The notes under the pieces are model-generated. The model did not search any database, was not told the origin of the DNA, and was given only the letters and a program-made list of their open reading frames with translations. A DNA stretch of 64,000 bases, taken from positions 4,404,001-4,468,000 of the forward strand of contig CM075993.1 in assembly GCA_038087875.1 (NCBI GenBank). The letters run 5' to 3'. Made by a program: the position numbers and the translations under genes. This document shows positions 25,503 through 36,778 of the stretch, piece by piece. The first letter of the stretch is position 1. Every line of letters begins with the position of its first letter. This DNA comes from Malacoraja senta (taxonomy: Eukaryota).

Positions 25503-26626
25503 CATAGATACATAGATACATAGATACATAGATACATAGAAAATAGGTGCAGGAGTAGGCCATTCGGCCCTTCGAGCCTGCACCGCCATTCAATATGATC
25601 ATGGCTGATCATCCAACTCAGTATCCCGTACCTGCCTTCTCTCCATACCCACTGATCCCTTTAGCCACAAGGGCCACATCTAACTCCCTCTTAAATATAG
25701 CCAATGAACTGGCCTCAACTACCCTCTGTGGCAGAGAGTTCCAGAGATTCACCACTCTCTGTGTGAAAATGTTTTTCCTCATCTCGGTCTTAAAGGATTT
25801 CCCCCTTATCCTTAAGCTGTGACCCCTTGTCCTGGACTTCCCCAACATCGGGAACAATCTTCCTGCATCTAGCCTGTCCAACCCCATAAGAATTTTGTAC
25901 GTTTCTATAAGATCCCCTCTCAATCTCCTAAATTCTAGCGGGTATAAGCCAAGTCTATCCAGTCTTTCTTCATATGAAAGTCCTGACATCCCAGGAATCA
26001 GTCTGGTGAACCTTCTTTGCACTCCCTCTATGGCTATAATGTCCTTCCTCAGATTTGGAGACCAAAACTGTACGCAATACTCCAGGTGTGGTCTCACCAA
26101 GACCCTGTACAACTGCAGTAGAACCTCCCTGCTCCTATACTCAAATCCTTTTGCTATGAAAGCTAACATACCATTCGCTTTCTTCACTGCCTGCTGCACC
26201 TGCATGCCTACTTTCAATGACTGGTGTACCATGACACCCAGGTCTCGCTGCATCTCCCCATTTCCTAATCGGCCACCATTTAGATAATAGTCTGCTTTCC
26301 TGTTTTTGCCACCAAAGTGGATAACCTCACATTTATCCACATTATACTGCATCTGCCAAACATTTGCCCAATCACCCAGCCTATCCACGTCACCTTGCAT
26401 TCTCCTAGCATCCTCCTCACAGCTAACACTGCCCCCCAGCTTAGTGTCATCCGCAAACTTGGAGATGTTGCCTTCAATTCCCTCATCCAGTTCATTAATA
26501 TAAATTGTAAATAGCTGGGGTCCCAGCACTGAGCCTTGCGGTACCCCACTAGTCACTGCCTGCCATTGTGAAAAGGACCCGTTTACTCCTACTCTTTGCT
26601 TCCTGTTTGCCAGCCAGTTCTCTATC
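25503..26626 (-). mobile_element. CR1/HER1-type LINE, 5'-truncated, with uninterrupted 3' part of the reverse transcriptase ORF
   Basis: ORF 25618-26628 with [31 protein letters not shown] and RRLRGDLIETYKI motifs; (CATAGATA)n tail on the + strand at ~25503-25540. Confidence 0.93.
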
Positions 26627-27151
26627 AACCGTGACCCGCGCGGCTATCCACCTTATGTTTGACGCAACAACGTTAACGTTTACTCAACGACTGGCGACTC
26701 AGCGAGGGCAGTCACGCGAAGGTGGCGCAGCGGTAGAGTTGCTGCCTCACAGCAAAATGCTGCCCCAGGGACCCGGGATCGATGCTGTCGGTGTGGAAAC
26801 CGAAGATCCCGGAGAAAACCCACGCAGGTCACGGGGAGAACGTACAAACTCCGTACAGACAGCACCCGTAGTCAGGATCGAACCTGGGTCTCTGGCGCTG
26901 TGAGGCAGCAACTCTACCGCTGCGCCACAGAACCTCCCCACGTGGAGGGGTTTCATTTTGGAGTTTTACTTTCTTTGGCTATTAAAAATAATTTTGAATT
27001 TACCAATCGATGTCTGAACCTCTACCTCTGTACGTGCCAGGTCTGTGGGAAAATGGGACGCTCCGGTTTTTAATCTGATGTGTGCACTGAGCAAGTATCC
27101 ATTAAAATAGTAAAATATGTTGTGAATGTAAAAGATGAAGTCTCTGTTGTG

Positions 27152-27552
27152 TCTTATCTCTCCCTCTCTCTCCCCCCCTCCCTCTCTCTTCCCCCCATCC
27201 CCTCTCCCATCTCTCTCCCCTTCCCCTCTCTTCCTCCCTTCACCCCTTCCCCCCTTCCACTCTCACCCCCCCATCCCTCTCTTCCCCCCCTCCCCTCTCC
27301 CATCTCTCTCCCCTTCCCCTCTCTTCCTTCCTTCACCTCTTCCCCCCTTCCACTCTCACCCCCCCATCCCTCTCTTCCCCTCCTCCATCTCTCTCCCCCT
27401 TCCCCTCTCTTCCTCCCTTCACCCCTTCCCCCCCCTTCCACTCTCACCCCCCCTATCCCTCTCTTCCCCCTCTCCCCTCTTTCTCCCCTCTCTCTCTCCC
27501 CCACTCTTCCTTCCCCCACTCCGTTTTTCCCCCTCTCTCTCTCCCATTCCCT
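27152..27552 (+). repeat. ~400-nt polypyrimidine tract with an internal repeated block
   Basis: Almost only C/T; block CCTTCACCCCTTCCCCCCTTCCACTCTCACCCCCC occurs about three times at ~90-nt spacing. Confidence 0.9.
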
Positions 27553-27563
27553 GTTTGTATCAG

Positions 27564-27620
27564 ACCGTTTTCCGGATAGTTGTCCTTGGGATTTGGGATT
27601 ACATCGAGAACAAAGTGGAG
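27564..27620 (+). CDS. TMEM266: TMEM266 coding exon (S2-S3 linker)
   Basis: atcag| acceptor and |gtgagt donor; 57 nt; TVFRIVVLGIWDYIENKVE. Confidence 0.95.
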
Positions 27621-28255
27621 GTGAGTTCGTTATTTTGTGCGCTGCCGATTCCACCTCGCCTCCAAAGTTCAGTTTAGTTTATTATTGTCACGTGTACCGT
27701 GGTACAGTGAATCGGAATCGGAATCAGAATCGCACTTTATTCGCCAAGTATGTTTTGCAACATACGAGGAATTTCATTGGCCAGGTCAGTCATACAATTA
27801 AAAGCAACAGATCACTCACAAAAACACATTTTAACATGACCATCCACCACAGTGACTCCTCCACATTCCTCACTGTGATGGAAGGCGAAAAATAAAGTTC
27901 AAGTCTCTTCCTTTGTTCTTCCTCGGTCGTGGGCCACGAGCCCCCGTTGACGGGATGATCTTGACTGGGACACGTTGGCCGGTGTGGGCAAGTTGGGTCG
28001 AAAGGCCTGTTTCCACGCTGTATCACTCTGTGACTCTATCTGCTTCTGTGGCTAGCTCCCCTTACCTAGTTCTCCAACCAGTCTGACTGTCCCCCCCCTC
28101 CCCCCGAGTAAATTTTATCCCTGTATGCTTCATTGTCACCTTCTCCTAGCTAACAATGATCTATTCTAAATTTTCCTCGATCTGCATCCCCTTTGATGTC
28201 TTGTTTTCACACTTACACTTCCTTATCTCTGTGTCTCCCTCTCCTCTGACTCTGT

Positions 28256-28283
28256 CTGAAGAAGGGTCTCGACCCGAAACGTC
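28256..28283 (+). ncRNA. Minimal hammerhead-ribozyme core in a Penelope pseudo-LTR (representative copy)
   Basis: CTGAAGA-A-GGGTC-TC-GACCC-GAAAC-GTC; identical at 57442-57469 (+) and 1724-1751 (-). Confidence 0.6.
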
Positions 28284-29548
28284 ACCCATTCCTTCTATCC
28301 AGAGATGCTGCCTGTCCCGCTGAGTTACTCCAGCATTTCGTGTCTATCTTCGGGGTAAACCAGCATCTGCAGTTCCTTCCTACACATCCAGCCATAAACC
28401 CAATGCCCCATATAGTGTTCTTATTAAAATAAGACTGTAAAAGCTACAGACTAATCAGCCTGCATAATAAATGCTACTCAGTTTCCAGTGAAGGAAGATT
28501 CTCTTGTAGAAACAGCTTCATTGATACAAGGGAATGATTATAAACTATACAAGGCAGACTCGAGCAAGTCTGCTTTTTTATTTAGCCTCCCCCGTCCAAA
28601 ATCTTCTTGCCAGCAGCAACCTTGAATTGATCCTTGGAATAAAAGTGGAACTTGCAGTAACAACAAGGAATGGGTAGGAAGGAACTGCAGATGCTGGTTC
28701 AAACCGAAGAGAGACACAAACAGCTGGAGTAACTCAGCGGGTCAGACAGAAGGAATAGGTGGCGTTTCGTGTCGAGACCCTTCTTCAGACTTTGAGAACT
28801 CGTATTAAACACAGCATTTCTTTTCATCTCATTTATGCGTTGTCAGATCTAATTAGAGCATGTGTGGCAAATCGTATCGTTGCGAAATCATTTGGAAAGA
28901 GCCTGTGGGGCAGAAGCCAGTTGGTCTATTCTCTCCAGTATCTCCTCTTTCCAGAGAAACAACCAGTGGTGTGAAATGTAGACAACCTCCCTAGAGCGAA
29001 GGTGGAAGCACTCAGTAGATCAGGCAGCATCTGTGGAGAAAAGGAATAGGTGACGTTTCGGGTCGAGACCCTTCTGCAGACAAGAGATTGATGGTGAGGG
29101 AGCAACGTTTTGACAAACAATAGATCCTTGAACTGGAGTGATAGAGTCAAACAGCACAGAAACAGGCCCTTCGGCCCAACTTGCCCCATCTACACGGGTC
29201 CCACCTGCCCGGGTTTGGCCCATCTCCCTCTAAACCTGTCCTATCCATGTACCTGCCTCAACTACCTCCCCCGGCAGCTCGTTCCATGTAGCTACCACCC
29301 TCTGTATGAAAAGATTCCTATTACATGTTTCCACTCTCACCTTAAACCTATATCTTCTGGCTCTTGATTCCACTACTCTGGGTAAAAGACTATGCATTCA
29401 CCCCCCTCCCTCATGATTTTATACGCCACTATAAGATCACCCCTCAGCCTCCTGCGCTTCGAGGAATAAAGTCCTACCCTGCCTAAACTCTTCGTATAGC
29501 TCAGGCCCTCAGGTCCTGGAAACATTCTCACATTTTCCAGCCTAATAA

Positions 29549-29943
29549 CCAAAGATCCTATAGCGGAGCAAGATAGACCACTCCTTCTAAATGCAATGGG
29601 CTGGCATGTAGTACGCAACGGAGCGGAACCTGGGCCTTTTTTCATCCATTTCAGTAACCCGACCCGACCCGACTCTCAGTGTAATCAACGTTGCGGGGGA
29701 ACAGTTTGTGTTAATAAATTATAATTCTGAAAATGAGAAGATTTTTCCCAAATAACTTTGATTTTTACGAGGATGTTTCCGTAACCGGCTTCCATCTCCG
29801 CACTAGTTATCTTTGACGGGATCTTTGGTGCGGAGACGGAAGCCGGTTACGGAAATGGGGCCGAAAATTACCCGTGAATCTGCCCGTGACCGTACTAGGT
29901 CTTTTTCGTCGAGTGGTCTATCTTGCTCGCTATAGGATCTTGG
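29549..29943. mobile_element. Unclassified MITE with ~34-bp imperfect TIRs, inserted in a CR1 remnant
   Basis: CCAAAGATCCTATAGCGGAGCAAGATAGACCACTC ... GAGTGGTCTATCTTGCTCGCTATAGGATCTTGG; flanks CTAATAA / CTAACAA (7-bp TSD, 1 mismatch). Confidence 0.78.
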
Positions 29944-30041
29944 CTAACAACATCCTTCCTGTATCAGGGTGACCAAAACAGATCTGCGGTACTCCAGTCT
30001 CTAGTGGGCAGCAGAGAGTGTTGGCATTTAGGTGGGTGTGT

Positions 30042-30186
30042 TAAACTAAACTAAACTAAACTAAACATTAAACTGAAACTAAACTGAACTAAACTAAACA
30101 TTAAACTGAAACTAAACTGAACTAAACTAAACATTAAACTGAAACTAAACTGAAACTAAACTGAAACTAAACTGAAACTAAACTGC
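30042..30186 (+). repeat. (AAACT/AAACTG)n simple repeat, expanded SINE-tail-like motif
   Basis: Direct inspection. Confidence 0.85.
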
Positions 30187-30793
30187 ACAGCCAGCAACAA
30201 CATGTTCCCGGTGTTGGGGGAGTCCAGAACCAGGGGCCATAGTTTAAGATTAAGGGGTTGGCCATTTTGAACGGAGATGAGGAAAAACCTTTTTCACCCA
30301 CAGAGTTGTGAATCTGTGGAATTCTCTGCCTCAGAGGGCGGTGGAGGCCAAATCTCTCGAAGCTTTCAAGAGAGAGCTAGATAGGGTTCTTAAAGATGGT
30401 GGAGTCAGGGGGGCAAGAACGGGGTACTGATTGGGGATGATCAGCCATGATCACATTGAATGGCGGTGCTGGCTCGAGGGGCCGAATGGCCTACTCCTGC
30501 ACCAATTGCCTATTGTCTATTGTCATACATTGCTGACACTGTTGGTCTATTCTCTCCAGTATCTCCTCTTTCCAGAGATACAACCAGTGGTGTCGTTATT
30601 GTTTTATTATTATTAATATTTAGTGTTTTCTGAGTCATTCGTAACTGTCACTGTATGTCATGTTGTTACTTGTGGGCAGAGCACCAAGGCAAATTCCTTG
30701 TATGTGAATACTTGGCCAATAAACTTACTTACTGTTGATGACCGACTTTCTATCGGAGGGAGCCGCTCTCACCGCTCTGATTGTACGTTGCAG

Positions 30794-30932
30794 GTCTTTG
30801 ACGGCGCCGTCATTGTCCTGTCCCTGGCACCGATGGTGGCGTCGACGGTGGCGAACGGTCCCAGCAGCCCGTGGGACGCCATCAGCCTGATCATCACCCT
30901 CCGCATCTGGAAAGTCAAGCGCATCATCGATG
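30794..30932 (+). CDS. TMEM266: TMEM266 coding exon (S3 and S4 voltage-sensor helix)
   Basis: tgcag| acceptor and |gtgaga donor; 139 nt; VFDGAVIVLSLAPMVASTVANGPSSPWDAISLIITLRIWKVKRIID. Confidence 0.96.
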
Positions 30933-32893
30933 GTGAGAGTCACACGCCTAAACACATCCGCCTAACCGCTTTCCTCCCACACCCCAAAGACGTACAGGTT
31001 TGTAGGTCAATTGGCTTGGGTAAAATTGTAAATTGTGCCGTGTGTGCCGTGTGTGCGTGTGTGCGTGCGTGCGTGCGTGCGTGCGTGTGTGTGTGTGTGT
31101 GTGTGTGACAGTGCCAGTGCCAGTTTGCGGGGATAGACTCGACGGGCCACTGCGCCTGTTTCCGCGATGTATCTCCAAAGTCTAAACTGATGCGACCACC
31201 GCAAGTCACGTCAGGGGGAGTTTACCCCCCCCCCCAACCCACCATGTAATCCCGTGCTACCCGCTCCATGGTCGGATAGTCGGCGACTAAACCGTCTCCC
31301 CCACCTGGTTTGCCAGGTGAGGGGGGGGGTTGTGGACCCCCAGCAGGATAAAAAACAAGACCTGTCAAAGGGCGGATGAGCTCCTAGCGAGCCAACGGCC
31401 GTCCACACACTTCAGTAGAAGTTGCGATCACTGTCGTACGTAGCATTGTAAGACACCATGCCCGTTGATGTTTTCAACAACAATGATGATGATGGTGGCC
31501 ACAATGCTGAGAGCTCTATTCTGCACTCTCTGTATCTTTCCCCTTTGCTCTACCTACCTATTGTACTTGAGTTTGCATTTGTGTGTGGTATTATCTGATC
31601 TGCTTGGATTGCATGCAAAACAAAGCTTTTCACTGTGGTACACAAAAATGCTGGAGAAACTCAGCGGGTGCAGCAGCATCTATGGAGCGAAGGAACTAGG
31701 CAACGTTTTGGGCCGAACCCCTTCTGGTTGGTTAATGCGGACCGAGCAGCACCTCATATTCAGCTTGGGCAGTCTGCACCCTAGCAGCATAAACATTGAA
31801 TTCCCCAATTTCCGGTAGCCCATGAACTTTAAGGTGAGAGGGGAAAGATTTCATAGGAATCTTTTCACCGCGAGTGCCTGGTGCTGTGGTGGCCATGGGT
31901 GCCTTCTTCAGACTCAAACACAACCTTGCTCTGCTCCAAGACGCAAGCAGAGACTCTTGCTACCAGCGGCCAATGCATCCATCCTCATTCCAACACCATG
32001 TTGAGTTCAGTTTATTGTCACATGTACCGAGGTACAGTGAAAAGCTTTTTGTTGCGTGCTAACCAGTCAGCGGAAATACAATACATGATTACAATCGAAC
32101 CATTCATAGTGTACGGATACACGATGAAGGGAATAACGCTTAGTCCAAAATAAAGTCCGATCAAAGATAGTCCGAGGGTCTCCAAAGAGGTAGATAGTAG
32201 TTCAGCAATGCTCTCTAGTTGTTGGTAGGATGGTTCAGTTGCCTGATAACAGCTGGGAAGATACTGTCCCTGAATGTGGAGGTGTGCGTTTTCACACTTC
32301 TGTAATTTTTGCCCGATGGGAGAGTGGAGAAGAGGGGGTGGCCAGGCTGCGACTCGTCCCTGATTATGCTGGTGGCATTAGCCCTGTTGCAGGAACAGCC
32401 TGTGACTGTTGCAGTTAAGAACTAGTCCCAGAGTTAAACAAATATAGATAGTGAGATGACAGCAATGTTTGCAGACTGAAGTGGCCGCAATCTCGTGCCA
32501 ATTGACTGGCAGGTTTACAGTGGGGGGGAAAGAAACCTCATGGCTGTGTGTTTCTGCATTGGATAATCAATTGGACAGTCACACACACTGTTCCTAATTT
32601 CACGGGCAGTAATGAGTTCATGATGAACATCAGCAATCTTCCGGCATCCTTGAGTGAATGATTAGAAGTGGACTAACTCTTTAATTAGCGGAGGTGCTGC
32701 CTTCTGCAGTGCAAGGCTGGCGGTCCTTCACACAGCACTGAGCATCGGCAGGCTATTTGACCGCACGGAATGGTAGCAGAATTAGGCCATTCAGCCCGTT
32801 GAGTCTACTCCGCCATTCAGCCATAGCAACACCAATCCACATGTTCCCAGACATCCAAACGTACGTCAGCAGGCAGTGCGGAGAACCTTAAAA

Positions 32894-33270
32894 ATAGACA
32901 ATAGATAATAGGTGCAGGAGTAGGCCATTTGGCCCTTCGAGCCAGCACCGCCATTCAATGTGATCATGGCTGATCATCCCCAATCAGTACCCCGTTCTTG
33001 CCTTCTCCCCATATCCCCTGACCCACTATTTTTAAGAGCCCTATCTAGCTCTCTCTTGAAAGCATCCAGAGAACCTGCCTCCACCGCCCTCTGAGGCAGA
33101 GAATTCCACAGACTCACCGCTCTCTGTGAGAAAAAGTGTTTCCTCGTCTCCGTTCTAAATGGCTTACCCCTTATTCTTAAACTGTGGCCCCTGGTTCTGG
33201 ACTCCCCCAACCTCGGGAACATGTTTCCTGCCTCTAGCGTGTCCAAGCCCTTAACAATCTTATATGTTTC
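32894..33270 (-). mobile_element. CR1 3' fragment
   Basis: ORF 32974-33378 (ETYKIV...SLWNSLPQ) and tail. Confidence 0.85.
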
Positions 33271-36127
33271 AAAATGCTGCATCTCTGGAGAGAAGGAATG
33301 AATGGGCGCCGTTACGGGTTGAGACCCTCCTTCAGACTGAGAAGGGGGCTGAAGAAGCGTCTCGACCGGAAACGCCACCCATTCATTCCTTCTCTCCAGA
33401 GATGCCGCCTGTCCCGCTGAGTTACACCAGCATTTTGTGTCAATCTTCCGTTTAAACCAGCATCTGCAGTTAGTTCCTACACATAGTCAGGACCTTGGTC
33501 ATCATATTTTGTTTAAACTCTTTCAGACTGAGACTTGCCTGTATGTTCTTTGCCAGGGGTGGTGGAGAAGGCAAGTACAAGAGGAGCATTTAAGAGACTT
33601 TTGGATAGGCACTGGATATGCAGGGAATGGGGGGATGGATCACGTGCAGGTAGATAGGAGTTGGTCTTGATATTAGTTCAGCACCGACATTTTGGGGTGA
33701 AGGGCCTGTTCGTGAGCTGTACCCATCTCCATGTTATGATATCCATAATCCAGCACAGTTAATTAAGAAACAAAGCACTGGAGTAAATCAGTGGGTCAGG
33801 CAGCATCTCCGGAGAACATGGATAGGTAACGTTTCAGGACCCTTCTTCAGACATGCTGTCCCTTTTGGTCAAACGTTCTATCAAGGGGAGGCTGGACAGG
33901 TTGGGTTTGTGATCGAGAAGAACGAGGGGTGATTTAAGGACGGCACGGTGGCGCAGGGGTAGAGTTGCTGCCTCACAGCGCCGGGTTCGATCCCGACTAC
34001 GGGTGCTGTCTGTACGGAGTTTGTACGTTCTCCCCGTGACCTGCGTGGGTTTTCTCTGAGATCTTCGGTTTCCTCCCTCACTCCAAAGATGTTCAGGTTT
34101 GTAGGTTAATTGGATTGGTGTATGTAAGTTGTCCCTAGTGTGTAGGATGGTGCTGGCGTGCAGGCATCGCTGGTCGGTGCGGACTCCCCTGTTTCCGCGC
34201 TGCATCTTTAAACTAAACTAAACTAAGTCCCTTCATGTTCAAAGTATCCTTGAATGGTAGTAAAATGTGTTTAGCAGCAGGATTAGCTCCAAAAAATGAG
34301 GACTGTTCAGATTACTTAGCTGTACTAAACTAAGCAAGGAGTGATCTTATTGAAACATACAGGAACCTAAAGCGTCATGATAGGGATGATGTAGAGATGG
34401 CCACATTGACTTGGCCTCCACCGCCTTCTGTGGCAATGAATTCTACAGGTAAACCACCCTCCGACGAACGAACGAAAATCCTCCAGATCTCCTTCCTAAA
34501 GGAACATCCTTTAATTCTGTAGGAAAGAACTGCAGATGCTGGTTTCAATCGAAGGTAGACACAAAATGCTGGAGTAACTCAGCGGGAAAGGGAGCATCTC
34601 TGGAGAGAAGGAATGGGTGATGTTTCGGGTCAGAGACCCTTCTTCAGACTGAGAGTCAGGGGGAGAGGGAGACACAGATATAAGGATGTGTGAGGTGTGA
34701 AAACGAGACATCAAAGGAGAATAGATCATTGTGTTAAAGAAGGAACTGCAGATGCTGGAAAATCGAAGGTACACAAAAATGCTGGAGAAACTCAGCGGGT
34801 GCAGCAGCATCTATGGAGCGAAGGAAATAGGTAACGTTTCAGGCCGAAACCCTTCTTCAGATTATAGATCATTGTTAGCTAGGAGGTGACAATGAAGCAG
34901 ACAGAGATAAAATTTCAGAGACCCAAAACACCCAGAGATGCTCCCTTTCCTGCTGAGTTACTCCAGCATTGTGTGTCTACCTTTGTCCTTTAATTCTGAG
35001 GCTATTCCGGTGCAGGGCAGGTGTTTTGCTGGATGCCACACTGCAGCAATCAAAGTCCCCCCTTTGCCTCGAAGTCTTTGGGATGCAAAGGGTGGTTATA
35101 GAAATGCAGCAACATCGCCTTTGTGTTTAATCCTCTCCCATCTTACCAGGCTGTGGGGGCGAGCAAAAAGCAGCATCTTACCGAGCAAAAATAACTCACT
35201 TTTAATCCTCTTGATTGCATTAATGCAGACTATTCCATTGTACGCTGCTTTCACAAACAGTTCAGCGGTGGAACTGCTGCGTCTGTGCCCTTGTCTGCTA
35301 ATCAGCATTGGACCTGTTCATTAGGAGCAAGTGGGATATCATTGACATTTACTTTGCCGTTTTTGTGTTCTAGTTTAAGAATTAATCAATTTAGACGACA
35401 AATTCAAATTCTTATTTTCGAAAGCAGAGCGTAAAACTGAACTGTCATCTCTGAAGTAAAACATCTCTGAGTATGCAGGAATCACACTGGTGTCAATATT
35501 ACGCAGAGGGCCAGTCAGAGTTGCTGCCTCACTGCGCCAGAGAGCCGGGCTCGATCTTGACCTCGGGTGCTGCCTGGGTGGAGTTTGCACGTTCTGCCCG
35601 TGACTGTGTGGGTTTCCCCCGGGTGCTCCGGTTTCCCTCCCACATCCCAAAGACGTACAAGTCTTGTCGGTGAATTGGCCTCGGTAAGATTGTAAATTGT
35701 GCCCAGTGTGTAGGATAATGCTAGTGTACGGGGATCGCTGGTCGGCGCGGACTCAGTGGGCCAAAGTGCCTCTTTCCTCTATGTATCTGGACAGTCCAAA
35801 GTCTAAACTGATGCACCACAATGCCGAGAACTATGTCCTGCTCTGTGCATCTTCCCCTTTGCTCTACCTATTGTACACAAGTCTGATTTGATTGTATGTA
35901 TGTGTGGTATTATCTGATCTGCTTGGATAGCGTGCAAAAATAAATGTTTCACTGTAAAACATTAAATCATTGGGTTTTTTAATTACTTTCTATGCAGATG
36001 CTGAGATGCTTATAAATTACAATTACAAATGTGTCTGCTTTCATAACGCAGTAAAATTCTATCAACTAAAAGCTTATATTAATAAATATTTTCCACTTGA
36101 CATACTTCCAACTAAAGGAATGAAATG

Positions 36128-36778
36128 AGTCAGTTGTTGGAGAAGTATCTACAAAGAAAGTCAGTTGTTGGAGAAGTATCTACGAAGAAAGTCAGTTGTT
36201 GGAGAAGTATCTACGAAGAAAGTTAGTTGTTGGAGAAGTATCTACGAAGAAAGTCAGTTGTTGGAGAAGTATCTACAAAGAAAGTCAGTTGTTGGAGAAG
36301 TATCTACAAAGAAAGTCAGTTGTTGGAGAAGTATCTACGAAGAAAGTCAGTTGTTGGAGAAGTATCTACGAAGAAAGTCAGTTGTTGGAGAAGTATCTAC
36401 GAAGAAAGTCAGTTGTTGGAGAAGTATCTACAAAGAAAGTCAGTTGTTGGAGAAGTATCTACGAAGAAAGTCAGTTGTTGGAGAAGTATCTACGAAGAAA
36501 GTCAGTTGTTGGAGAAGTATCTACAAAGAAAGTCAGTTGTTGGATAAGTATCTACGAAGAAAGTCAGTTGTTGGAGAAGTATCTACGAAGAAAGTCAGTT
36601 GTTGGAGAAGTATCTACGAAGAAAGTCAGTTGTTGGAGAAGTATCTACTAAGAAAGTCAGTTGTTGGAGAAGTATCTACGAAGAAAGTCAGTTGTTGGAG
36701 AAGTATCTACAAAGAAAGTCAGTTGTTGGAGAAGTATCTACAAAGAAAGTCAGTTGTTGGAGAAGTATCTACGAAGAA
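36128..36778 (+). repeat. 31-bp minisatellite (AGTCAGTTGTTGGAGAAGTATCTACRAAGAA), ~21 near-identical copies
   Basis: Head-to-tail units differing mainly at one G/A position. Confidence 0.97.

Noticed and set aside
25618..26628. 336-aa reverse transcriptase ORF as a domesticated gene or active LINE
   Set aside because: 5'-truncated CR1 copy with no real start, endonuclease or 5'UTR; the open frame reflects youth.
27080..27895. Pro/Ser/Leu-rich and Gly/Glu/Arg-rich ORFs
   Set aside because: Polypyrimidine tract; only 27564-27620 is a real exon.
31212..31300. Second HDV-like ribozyme in the (GAT)n-tailed insertion
   Set aside because: P3/L3 geometry could not be built convincingly by hand.
36128..36778. 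CRISPR-like array or 230-aa repeat protein
   Set aside because: Units are contiguous with no unique spacers, the context is a vertebrate intron, and the ORFs arise only because the unit has no stop codons.
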